This document shows, in pieces, positions 12,238 through 23,109 of a stretch of 64,000 nt of DNA. The notes under the pieces were generated by a model that worked only from the letters and a program-made list of their open reading frames with translations, was not told the DNA's origin and searched no databases. Where the stretch lies: contig RDEW01000007.1 of the NCBI GenBank assembly GCA_011109175.1, positions 29,424 through 93,423 of the forward strand, written 5' to 3'. The stretch comes from Dicyema japonicum. Its lineage: Eukaryota > Animalia > Dicyemida. Position numbers and translations under genes: made by a program. Position 1 is the stretch's first letter; every line of letters starts with the position of its first letter.

Positions 12238-13467
12238 CAGAGCTTTTCAAAAAATAATTCTGGCCGCACACTAATCGTAAAAAAAATAATCCACGGCACA
12301 CATTAAAAAATTAAAATTTTAAGATGTGTAAAACTAAGTACAAACATTGGTAATTTAATGCACAAATTTTTATTAATAAAAAATGAAATCTTAATTATTA
12401 TTATTTTTGCATATATCATCAATATCAGGTCGAATGGTTGACAAAGCCACCCGCATTTCAGCATCAATGTTTCTCAAACTTTCACGTTTGTTATATTTCA
12501 TATTATGCAGCGTAGAAAAACCTGTTTCGCATAAATAGGTCGTTGAAAACTGTAAAATTATGCTTGTTTTGATAAATTGGGATATATGTTTCGAATATAT
12601 ATCCAGAATTCTCCAATGTCTAACTCCCTCATCATTAATTTTAAGGATCGATCATTAAACAGTGCAATAAGTTCTTCATTTTCTTTAACAGATAATTGTT
12701 TTGATTCTTACTCAAACAAAGGATTTCGTATCTAAAAAATATTTAAAAAATAATAACCCAATTGAATTTTTCAATTTCTAAGTCTGGAAAATAAGCATCC
12801 ATTTTGTTTTCCAAAATTATTAAATGTTCATTAATCAGTCCCTTTATCGATTCACCATTATATCCTTATTATAATTAAAATATAAAATAAACCAATATCC
12901 GTGGATTCATCAAGTTGTAATGAAAACCGAGTTTCTTTAATAGAAAATGAGACATTATTTTCAATATTCTCCGACAAAGCACAAATCCGACGAGAAACAG
13001 TGTTATCTGACAAAGGTATCTTCATTATTTTTTGTTCATATTTATGACCAAACATAGTCCGAGCAATAATACGACAAGCAGGGATTATCAAGTTTTTGCC
13101 AATATTGTGAGGTTTTAGTTGTTTTGCTATCGATTCTGAGATCAGGTATGAACATTTCAATGATTCCTTTGTGTTTACAAAAGTTTCACTGAACATCATT
13201 TGACTAGATCTACGATTCATAGTAAAAACTATATAATACTTGTGTTGTTTTTTCAAATGGATAAAATAATCCACAGATTTTTCGGAATAGTCCGGATGCT
13301 TGGAAGTAAAATGTTTCTTTAGTTTGCTAGGAACTATAGCATCATTTGCCAAGACTTCCATGCAAATTAGACATTGAGGTAGTTTATTTTTATTTTTGCA
13401 AATAAATCCAAATGGCAAATAAGAATCTCTATAAGAACGACGAACTGATTTACCCATAAGCACGTTA
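12238..13467 (-). mobile_element. hAT (Buster/Charlie, ZBED5-like) transposon, internally deleted
   Basis: N-terminus PQCLICMEVL..KLKKHFTSKH..LQLDESTDI (12858-13463); dimerisation motif FSTTYLCETGFS near 12520; end CAGAGCTTTTCAAA at 12238 next to GTCTAGTG (Charlie-type NTCTAGAN target). Confidence 0.85.
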
Positions 13468-16400
13468 AATTAAATTATTAACCCCGGCTTCGCCAGCAAG
13501 TGGGAAGCCGGCGACCATCAGAGAGCGTGCAGTCCGGACAGGCCGCTCCCAGAGATCCTCAACTTTTGCATCAGGTGGTCCAGGGCAGGGAAAAAGGTCC
13601 GAACTACTCTGCCAGCCAGAAAAGGGTGGTGTCCACATCGTAGGCGAGCCAGTCCGATTCTGATCTTCCTCGGAAGCGATTGTTCCGTTGGACTGATATC
13701 AGGGGGAAGCGCTCCAAGACTTTGTTATATTGAAGTGTCCTAATGGCCCGTGCTGAGATGAAATAATGGATTCGGCGGGTCCAAGTTGAGTCTTCTTGAG
13801 GGGGGGTGATCTTCGACAAGGCTCTTTGTAGGTCAAAGAGGGTCCTGCGTATGTATCTGCGGTTATTGTTACTTAGCAGAGCGTGAACTGGGTGATTCGG
13901 GTCGAACGACTGCCGTAGGAATTGTAAATTACGCATTTCCAGGTGGTCATAGAGCGGGAGGATTTTCGACTCCCAATGTAAATGGTCGGTGGGGGTTGAC
14001 TTTAAGCAGCCAGTTATTATTCTCAGCGCCGAGTTTTGCACTTTCTGCAGTTCTTGAGAAAGGGACAAGGAGATTGAGGGGGCCCAACTTGGTGAGGCGT
14101 AGTTGAGTGTAGTCCTGATGAACTGTTTGTAGAGAAGAGTTAAGTTTTCTTTTTGCTGACCGTTTGAGTGGCCAGCTACTGCCCGTAATATGTTAAGTTT
14201 CCGCTTGGCTTTTGTCATTACTTCCTCCACTTGTCTGTTGAAACAGAGTGAAGGATCGAAGACAACTCCAAGGATCTTCGGGTATTTATTTAAGGGGAGT
14301 GGTTCGTCACCCAACGAGAGTGTGGGGTTTAGGTTGAATTGTCTTCGATCGGTTGTGAACAGGGTAGCTGATGACTTCGAGGTGGAAACACTCATCCAGT
14401 TTAAGTTCATCCAGTCGGATAGCAAGTTCAGGTGGTACTGCACTTTTTCGGTGGCCAGTCGAACATCGCCACTCCTGGATGCGATTACTAGATCATCGGC
14501 ATATGTCAATAGTAACGTATTTTGGGTTGTTGGGATGTCTTTGACGTAAAGGTTGAAAAGTGAGGGTGAAAGGACTGATCCCTGGGGAACACCGTTTGGT
14601 AGGAGTCGATATCTTGATAGATTTGAATATAGACACGTATGACCCAGTCTTCCCGAGAGGAAATTTGTGAGCCATGACTTCCATACAGAGGGAATATTTG
14701 AAGAATAGATCTTGTTGCAGAGGACCACACGGGAGATTCTGTCGAAAGCTTTAGTTAGGTCAATAGAGGCCAAGACAGTTCGTTCCGGGGGTTTGCAGTT
14801 GTTGAAACCGTTGGAGATGTATTGGGTTAGTGTCAGTAAGTGCGTGGTGGTCGAGTGTAAAGGACGGAAACCATGTTGTGAGTCGGAGAGGTCGAGGTAG
14901 GGGGTGATTTCGTTAAGAATGATCCTTTCGAGGATTTTTGAGACAACAGATGTTAAGGAAATTGGCCTGAACGAAGAGGGCAAGGAGGAGGCTTTGTTGT
15001 TCTTGAGTATTGGGATAATGTTCGACTTCTTCCATAACATCGGGATGAAACACCTGTTGATGGAGAATTCGTAGATATCTTTAAGTGCCAAGAGCCCGTT
15101 TGGACCGAGGTGCTTTAGGTGGAATATGCTGATCCGATCGGGTCCCGTGGCTGGTGAGTTTCTTGAGTTTGTAATGAGGTTTTGAACATGACTTACTGAT
15201 ACTTCGAATCGTGCCTTTGTTACCCTTAAGGGTTTAGTAATATGAGGTCGATTTTCTTTATTCATTGGAATATGACTCATTTTGCAATAGTGAGTCATCA
15301 AGTCATTTGCCTGGCAGTGGAAATCTTTCGTTTGGTTGTCCTTTCCAAGTCTACCTCCATGAGTTGTGCTCGATTCGGTTTGATTGTATTTCTCTGATAA
15401 ATCTCCAGAAACATTGGGGTTTTGATTTTGGATTCAATCGAGAGACGAAAGTGGACCACTTCTCCTTTTTGAGCTCCGTAATGAGGTGGGTTATCTTCTT
15501 GTTTAGGGAAGAAATTTCATCTTGGAGTTGCTGGTTGGTTGTTCGGGAACGTTTTAGGTGTCTTCTCTCACAGATGAGATCCAATATTTCTTTGTTGAAA
15601 AATAGTTTGTAATCATGGATGAATCCTTTAGGGACGTGCTTTCTATCCGCCGAAAGGATGGCTGAGTTGAAATGTGCAATGGCTTTGTCTGGAGAGGTAA
15701 AATTTTACAGAGAAGTTTTCCAGCGATGTTTCGACGTCAACCGTGAAGTCGATCCATCTCGCCCTTTTGTAGTTCACATAGGTTCGCCTCGACATAGTTC
15801 GTCCGAAATGCAAGAAGATGTCGATCAGAATAGGGTTATGATCTGAGGGTAAGTCATATCTGACATCCCAGTAGATCGATTTTGCAAGGGGAGCTGAGCA
15901 TATGGAGAGGTCGGGAGACGTGTTAGGATCCCCAGGGCGTGTTCCACATCTCGTGTGTTGGCGGGGGTTATTAATATCACTAGGTGTTCCAGTTCAGAGA
16001 TCACTTGTTTCCCTCTGTGGTCCGAATTCTGGTTTCGGAACCATAGTGGATCTTTAGCGTTTAGATCGCCGCAAATAACTATGTTTTCGTATAGTTGAAG
16101 GAATTCTAGGTTTGGTCGGTAACTCTTCTGGCAGCAAGACGAAGGGGGAATGTAGATATTCAGAATTGTGTAAGGAGTTGACATAATATTGATGGTGATG
16201 GATAGCAATTCCATATGTTTATCAGAAGCCGCTGTCAATGTGTGGTCAGTGGTATCCGTGAATGGGATGGAGTTGTGAATGAGGGTGACCAGGCCACCAC
16301 CGTGGGATCCATTTGATCGCTCAGAACGGAGCAAAGAGTAGTTTTTGAATTTTGGTGTTTGGGAGAAGGCAGACAAACGTGACTCATGTAGAAGGGCAAT

Positions 16401-16610
16401 GTCAATACGGTGTTTAACCAAGTACTCAGCCAATTCGGTATGTTTCGAGGTGATTCCATTGGTGTTAAGTTGTAAGATTCTGATGGGTCTATTCTGCGGC
16501 CCTGGGTTTAGTTCAATGTCACCGGATGTCAGGAGGGATTCTTGGGAGCGAAAGCTTCGTGCCCGCTCAATGGTCGCCATCGAGATCTCCTTGAAGAGAG
16601 ACTTTGATGC
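13468..16610 (-). mobile_element. Ingi/I-like non-LTR retrotransposon (2A peptide, APE, RT) with frameshifts; 8-bp TSD
   Basis: APE motifs ILQLNTNGI, LHESRL, GDLNA (15825-16580); RT YADD and GVPQGSVLSPSLF (13604-15301); GCACGTTA duplicated at 13460-13467 and 16611-16618; AT-rich 3' tail. Confidence 0.92.
16497..16523 (-). other. 2A-like StopGo peptide GDIELNPG/P
   Basis: LLTSGDIELNPGP matches the D(V/I)ExNPGP consensus directly upstream of the APE domain. Confidence 0.85.
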
Positions 16611-16727
16611 GCACGTTATTAAAAAATTAATAAATAATGGTTAAATTAAATTAAATGTCATTTAATATATAATAAAAAATGATTATTTTAATTTGTTTAT
16701 CTTTTTAAATTAATTAGGTCAAAAAAT

Positions 16728-17199
16728 GTTTGTTTTCTTCCAACTCATTTTGAAAGCTTTCCACGTCTTTTCAACTTTGAAATTCAGCAGAAACTCTCCT
16801 GATTGTCGGCGCGAAACTTGTGCTTTTTTAATCGATTTTATATTACTCAACGTGTTGAATATCCTGATGGCTTACATTGAGGGATTAATAACTTTGAGAA
16901 CAACAGTAATGTTGCCTTCTAAATGTTTTTCTGAAAAAAAATTTCCTCCTTTTCTTTCTTCCTTTCTTTATTTTCTATCTGGACTTGTTTTGTATTTTTA
17001 TCACTGTGATAACTAACGTTTTTCTACATCTCTTAATTGACCTGTCTTGATCTTAGTAATCCGACTTTTTTTGGCTAGTGGTGTCATGCCTTAATTGAAC
17101 ACGTGTTTAAAAACCGTTTGAGACTTCAAGATAAACTAACCCTTCTTACCTTCAACACCAAATGACTTAAAGATTTGACGAAAAGACGCACTTTGTGTT
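16728..17199. repeat. Direct duplicate of 11712-12129 (LINE ORF1 5' segment)
   Basis: Near-identical from GTTTGTTTTCTTCCAACTC to GACGCACTTTGT; this copy has about 50 extra nt. Confidence 0.9.
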
Positions 17200-17934
17200 A
17201 TATCATTTTGAAGTTCTCCGATCGATCCCTTAAGAGACCTACTCGAGTTCCAAACCTTTTTCAAGGACCGGTTTTCCGTCTACATAATTGGATAAATTGT
17301 TTCCTCTCTTCGCGTAAAATTTCGATGAACCATTTGGTCCACCGAGGATGCAATTCGGGGTGTCCAACTGAATTGTCAATATAAAACCTGAATCCTCACT
17401 AATTTTCAAAGTTATTTGAACAGGAAGATGCCTTTACATACAGCATCTCTAAAAAGATTGGGTTGTGGTCGGTCATGGGATCGTATTTAGACAGATTGAT
17501 AAGGAAAACCAAGAGTGGGGATGGTAGATAGGTGCATTATCGGTAATGTCCCCGTAGGAAATCCCAGTACGTATGATAGTTAGAAAGCTTTCATCAAGTT
17601 TTCGCTACCACGGGTCACTAAGTATCCAGAGAACCTTGGAGTTCCGCTCCGGAGTTGATACGTGTAATAGGAAGTTCAAGGTAGCTCAAGGACCTTATTC
17701 TTCAATCTGTTATATTAAGTCACGTGATATTTTTTGAATTGACGAAAATTCCAATCGGCGAATAGAATATGATAAATCACAAAACACAACTAAATTGTCT
17801 AAAATTAAAAATCTACACATTAATAAATAATAATATACATCTCCAACTAATAATTCGTTAAAAAACGAGTTTTTTGTCCGGCACATAACAAACATCCTTA
17901 TTGAGAAAAACGTAAATACTGTTAACATAATAAA

Positions 17935-18100
17935 TTTAGGGAGATCCCTTTCAACTACTGCATCGTGGCAGAAGGACTCGCCGCCTCACGGGTGGGATCT
18001 GTTTTACAAGTAGTGACCTTTGCTAAAACTCCATCTTTCAGATTCGAACTCACGACCTTCATATCCGATGTCATTAGACGTTACGTTCAGCCAGAAGGCA
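17935..18100 (-). mobile_element. tRNA-derived SINE (tRNA-Arg-like head); second copy at 56895-57050
   Basis: Minus strand: A-box-like TGGCTGAACGT, B-box GTTCGAATC about 33 nt downstream; shared body CAGATCCCACCCGTGAGGCG.CGAGTC. Confidence 0.7.
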
Positions 18101-18252
18101 TTCCTCTACCAAAATGATTTAAATAAACTAAAAGATTTAATTACTTCAATGGATTTGAGTTTCAACTCAATTATTAATAATAATAATAATAATTGTGACC
18201 GGTTGAATACGAGCCCAGGTTGAATACGAGCCGTTAAAGGCGTTATACGTGG

Positions 18253-18664
18253 CTAAGATCTTCTGTAATGTCCAAGGAGGACCTTCACAAAGTTTCTTTG
18301 AGAAGAAGATAGTATGTTATTTAATGCGTCCCCAAACTCATCAGGAAAAGTCATTTAGTGACGTTTTTTGTTTAGTAGAAATTTTAATTCAATAAAATTT
18401 ATATTATCAATAATTAAAATGATGTAAATTATATTTTTTTAATGTTGTGGATAATTTGACTAGTTTAAAGCAAACTTTGTTCAGTTGAATACGAGCCGTT
18501 AAATATCGATTTTAAATGTACCGATTTAAACAGCCAATCAAAATCTATCTGTTAGCCAATCAAACAAAATGGCAAACGTCCCGTATTAATGATTGAACCT
18601 TAAATTTTTGAAAAAATGAAGTTTTATATCTGAACAAAGTCCTTGGACATTACAGAAGATCTTA
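18253..18664. repeat. Perfect 25-bp inverted repeat pair (MITE-like) inside the Ginger element
   Basis: TAAGATCTTCTGTAATGTCCAAGGA at 18253-18277 and its exact reverse complement at 18640-18664. Confidence 0.85.
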
Positions 18665-18984
18665 CAACTCGGCATTGGATCATCTCTACAACCAGTATAT
18701 CGAGCCGACTATCAGCTTGTCAATGCGGCCTTCAAAGGGAAATGAGTTCGACACCCTGACTTAATGGATACTTTTTCTCTTAGTTACATTGGTGATCTTG
18801 CAACTTCAATTCAAATTGTGTGTTTCAGCTGTGTCTCGTCAAATTGTTAGTTTTCTTACGTTCTGTTCGTTGTATAACTCTAATATATATCCCTAAGTTT
18901 TCCTATCTCTGATGCAAAGCTGAAAGCTTAAGAACTCCTAACTCTAATGATATTATAAATGATCAAAAATAATAATAACTGTTT

Positions 18985-19115
18985 TTAATTAAAATTTTTT
19001 TAACAATTAAACAAATATCAGTTGAGGAAGCCTGCTGCGTGGATTGCGAACGAGTTCCCTCGGAGTATGGCTATTCCAATCTTTTGTCTTAGCCATAGCC
19101 CTTCTCGTTGACTGT
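18985..19115 (-). mobile_element. CRE-clade 3' end nested in the Ginger element
   Basis: Nearly identical to 63165-63300, including the 3' UTR AACAATTAAACAAAT.TCAGTTGAGGAAGCC. Confidence 0.85.
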
Positions 19116-19153
19116 TTTTATTAGAAAAAAATTGAGAAATTTATATTGTAAAA

Positions 19154-20472
19154 TTATTCTAGCTTTGCTAAGTCTCTGCTATTTTCTTGAATCACACTTC
19201 CATCTTCTCCTTCTAAATCAATCATTCCTGTATCAGATATTCCTTTAACATGATATATGAATGTATCAATGTGTTCGTTTAAGCCACTTTTTCGTGTTTT
19301 TTTATTATTATCAAGATAGACCCTTCTAACAACGCGATCACCGATGTTAAAGATAGAAATATCATTCTTCCACCTTCTTTTAGTTAACATTTTTCTTTCA
19401 GCAATGTTTGAATTTAAAATTGCTTTTGTTCTCAAAGTTTCATTTGATGACCAAAACCATGCAAGATATTCAGTTGCTTCAGTTTGTGTTTCTTCATTCC
19501 ATAAATCAATTTGGTTGAATATTTCATTCATTTCCTCTTCTGAGTAATGATTATTTATGGTTTCATTGGCAGAAGCTCCGAACATCAATTTAAAAGGAGC
19601 GTGCAACGTTGTTGAATGCTGTAAAGAATTATAGGAACTTGTAATTTCTTCAATTATGTTTATCCATTTGAAATTCAAATTCTTTGAAAAGCAGGTTGAA
19701 GAAATCATAAATTTCAATGTCTGATTCAGACGCTCGACTTGTCCCTGCACCCAAGGACGTCCCCTGACGTGTTTTATACCAAATGCTGAGCATAACTCGA
19801 ATATTTTTTCATTTACAAACTCCTTGCCATTGTCCATGTGCAAAATAGTTGGTTTTCCAAACATTAAAATTATGCTCTTTATTGCACTTGACACCTCCGT
19901 AGCCGATTTACTCTTTAGAGGTCTTGTCCAGCAAAATTTGGAAAAGGAATCCATCCCAACCAAAAGCCAGCAAAAATTTTCATTAAAATTTGAATAGTGT
20001 CGTAGATCAACCAAATCAAAAATATACCTGAAATTAGAATATTTAACTAGTACCTTTCTCTCACTGTATATGCTCTGATAGGTGTTATAGTTGGTCGAGT
20101 GTTCATGAGCCGTCTTGCCAGACATTGTGAACAAGACCTGAGAACAACCATAACTTCATCTCTGCAAGATCCATAGACTAGATTCTTTAGAAGAGAAAGA
20201 AGTCTATCACGACCAGGATGTCCATTTTTGAGGTGAACATTTTCAATAAATATCCTCTTCTGTTCATCTTCTTCCACAGCGAACACGTGCAATAAAATTC
20301 CACTTGTTTTGAAAAAAAATAGTTGAGCCGGCAATGAGTCTTTTAGTCTGAATAATGACGCAGTTCTTATGAAATTTCGTTTCTCCTTCAGCAAATTGGA
20401 TGGTATAATTTGGTATCTCAGATAGGTCATTATTTCTTGCTTTTGTGGCAGAGTAAAGTAGACAACCTTCAT
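19154..20472 (-). CDS. Integrase-type transposase (HHCC zinc finger + DDE core) with one 26-nt intron at 20028-20053
   Basis: HLKNGH..CSQC; removing GTACTAG..TTTCAG joins VRER|YIFDLVD; DNGKEF; QGQVERLNQTLK. Confidence 0.85.
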
Positions 20473-20726
20473 AACAAAAAACAAAAACAAGCGTGAGCAA
20501 AAATCTATTACTATTCTATCTGATGTAAGCCGTTAAAAAATGAAAATTTGTGAGAAATTTAAATTATTAAAATTACTAATCATTATATAGATAAGAATTA
20601 ATTAATTTATTGATTTATTTTTTATTAAAAAAATTATTGATTTCTAACGGCTTTAACGGCTCGTATTCAATTTGGGCTCGTATTTAACCGGTCACAATTA
20701 TTAAATAATAATAATAATAATAATCG

Positions 20727-20867
20727 TAGAACCAAGGAATGATCTTCATTTCTTTTTTTCTTTTTCTTGTGTGAGTGTCCTTTCTAGACAATCCAGTTCC
20801 GCAGTGAGTATCTACTGATGACAGCGTCACTCGTCAAACCAATAATAAAATAATAATAATAATATAT
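20727..20867 (+). repeat. Short dispersed repeat (LINE 3' end or SINE) with (AAT)n tail; copies at 40881-40996 (+), 50328-50446 (-), 54515-54575 (-)
   Basis: Shared GAACCAAGGAAT..CAGTTCCGC..CTGATGACAGC.TCACTCGTCA. Confidence 0.75.
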
Positions 20868-21021
20868 GATATATCATATTGTGACAGAATATTTTAGTAA
20901 ATATATTATTAAATTAATTAAATAATATTTGTAGAAAAAATTTAAATTAAATAAATTATTCTTGTGGTAGTTTCTCCAGTTTATAATATTAATTTGTGTT
21001 TTTGCACATTTCTATATATTA

Positions 21022-21839
21022 ATGCACAATAAAAGAAAAGAAGATCCGATCTGTGACTATGAACAACATTTTATACTTCGCCTACCAGAAGTATATCCTT
21101 TCTTTACTTAAGGACATTGCCACAAGCCTTAGAGATGACCTAACAAACAATCCGTCCGTTTTAAAGGACAATTTTACAATTAAATTTGACGATGATATGC
21201 GAACTGGCCAACTGCGCTACAACTTTGAGCAACTCCACGGAAGAGTCTCTTTTTCTCTGACTCCCAGTTAGTTGATCTCCCTTGCATAATCGACGTGTTG
21301 AAGAACAACTCTAGTCTCTTTTATAAATCCGGGAGTATCTGTCAGGTTTCATTATTTGTTGACTAAAGATGTTCTTGTGCTCTAGAGATCTCCCGGAAGT
21401 CGCAAAAAGCAATAAACCCGAAAAACTGCTTGACCCTAACCGTGAATACACGTGGAATCATGGAAGTTGTTTTGTAGTTTTAATGTAGTCTGTCCCCCAT
21501 TCAAGAACGTTAGAAAACGGCGATTCCGTAAGACCTTTAAGCAGAAAGTGGTCAATATGAGTGACTCCTAGTATGTGGAGATGCCAGAGATAGAGAATGA
21601 AGTCCTGAGACTACTACGAGCTGATTGTGAAGCTAAGGAAGTGACGTGGGAGATCCAGGATGTCTCTAAGGAGGAAAAATCAGAGAAGGATACTGGACTG
21701 CTCGGTATAGTTAGTGTTGATTGCAGAGGAGAAACTGTTTGGTGAGGAGATTAGTTCAGAAGAGGAAAGGAGCGAGGGGAGAGTTGAGTATAGTGAGGCT
21801 AAGCTTGGTGGTTTGACTGATTTTGATATTAGTGATTAA
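21022..21839 (+). CDS. TAF7: TFIID subunit 7, six introns of 22-24 nt
   Basis: YEQHFILRLPE, LVDLPCIID, FYKSGSICQM, TWNHGICPPFKNVRKRRFRK, YVEMPEIENEVLRLL; GT-AG introns 21091-21112, 21245-21267, 21346-21368, 21466-21488, 21548-21571, 21705-21726. Confidence 0.93.
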
Positions 21840-22304
21840 TAGTGTTTGAGGGTTGTTTAGGGATAGAATTTGGAAGTTATATGAATTTCTATAGGAGACG
21901 TCCGTAATAGTTTCCTTTAGCTGCTATGAAGTAGTCTCCCATTATGAGATGTATTGCTGTGCTTCGGTCCACCTTAGAATGCGACCAAATAGATTCCAAC
22001 GTGTTACTTGGTTCTGTAGGGAATATTTCAAATAACTTGCAAGAGTATAAAGGCACTCAGTCGAGGGCAAAAAGTTTCTTTACTAGAGAGTTCCATAAGC
22101 TGATGATCTGCCATGTTCTCTCAATTTTGGTTGGACGAGATTCAAACCGCATACACTATATACTCGCAAATTGGCCACATTTTGAAAAGTTTTCTAAGAG
22201 AAATCCTATTCTCATTATTAATTGGCCACAATTTTTAATTCGTGCCAGCAGTTAGCTGATAAATTCTAAAACATGTTTCGAAAGACAATATCGAGAAAAA
22301 ATCT

Positions 22305-22475
22305 TTTAGTTCCATTCAAAATGGCCTCCAAATTATTTTTTCAAGTTTGAGACAAGTTCATCAATAAACATCACGAGATATTTTACAATGTGATTGACAT
22401 CTTTAGGTGAAAAAGTCATTTTTTTAATCTTATAAAATTTGATTTTAACGGGTCCTACGGGTAAGTGGCATATTT
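22305..22475. repeat. About 170-bp dispersed repeat; inverted copy at 36040-36205
   Basis: Shared CCATTCAAAATGGCCTCCAA..TCATCAATAAACATCACGAGA..GATTTTAACGGGTCCTA.GGGTAAGTGG. Confidence 0.8.
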
Positions 22476-23109
22476 TACGAATTTCCTCCAAATTTGTAGA
22501 ACAAATGTTACTTAATATGGATCATAATTATTTTCCTATATTAAAAAAGACAACTTTTTTATTTAAAGATGTCGAGAACTTTGATAAAATTTGCCACTTA
22601 ACGCACTTGACAATGAACTTGTCTCACACTTGACAAAAATAATTGGAGGCTATTTTGGATGGACACGTCTTTTACAGAAGAAGGTCACTATTTTGAAAGA
22701 TTCAAAAAATTATCAACCGTCTTTTAAAACTGCACGTAAACCAAAGTTCCTAAAGCTTGAAGAGAAGTTGGTTGGCTGGATGGAGATAGTAGAGTCTAAA
22801 GGCGCTTTTCGAAAAATCAATTTTTTAGGTGGTTTTCTGAATGATGCCTTAATATCTACTAAAGCGACAAGGATACAGTCTTTTTACTAAAATGGCTTGA
22901 GAAGACGTATCCGAAAAAACGATTAGGAATTGTTTCAGAATTTAAAATAACTCAACGAAATTCTTGAAATCAATATTAATGATGCAGCAATCGTAGAACA
23001 GACATTTTCGATACTCTCAAAGTTGAAGATTTTTAAGTATTGAATACACGGATAATAAGACATTTATTGACAATTAATATTCTTTAGAAGATTCAGAAAA
23101 AGAATACAT

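Larger units (their letters stand above)
18194..20696 (-). mobile_element. Ginger/TDD-like DNA transposon with retroviral-type integrase; TGT...ACA termini, about 46-bp TIRs
   Basis: TIR TGTGACCGGTTGAATACGAGCCCAGGTTGAATACGAGCCGTTAAAG (18194-18239) mirrored at 20651-20696; no gag/RT; inserted in (AAT)n. Confidence 0.85.

Noticed and set aside
11712-17199. LTR retrotransposon defined by the direct repeats
   Set aside because: The repeats encode LINE ORF1 sequence and lack TG..CA ends, PBS and PPT; the interior is a hAT plus a non-LTR element.
21091-21112. U12-type 5' motif ATATCCTTT inside TAF7 intron 1
   Set aside because: The motif starts at +3, and using it gives the wrong frame; the GT-AG 22-nt intron restores the protein.
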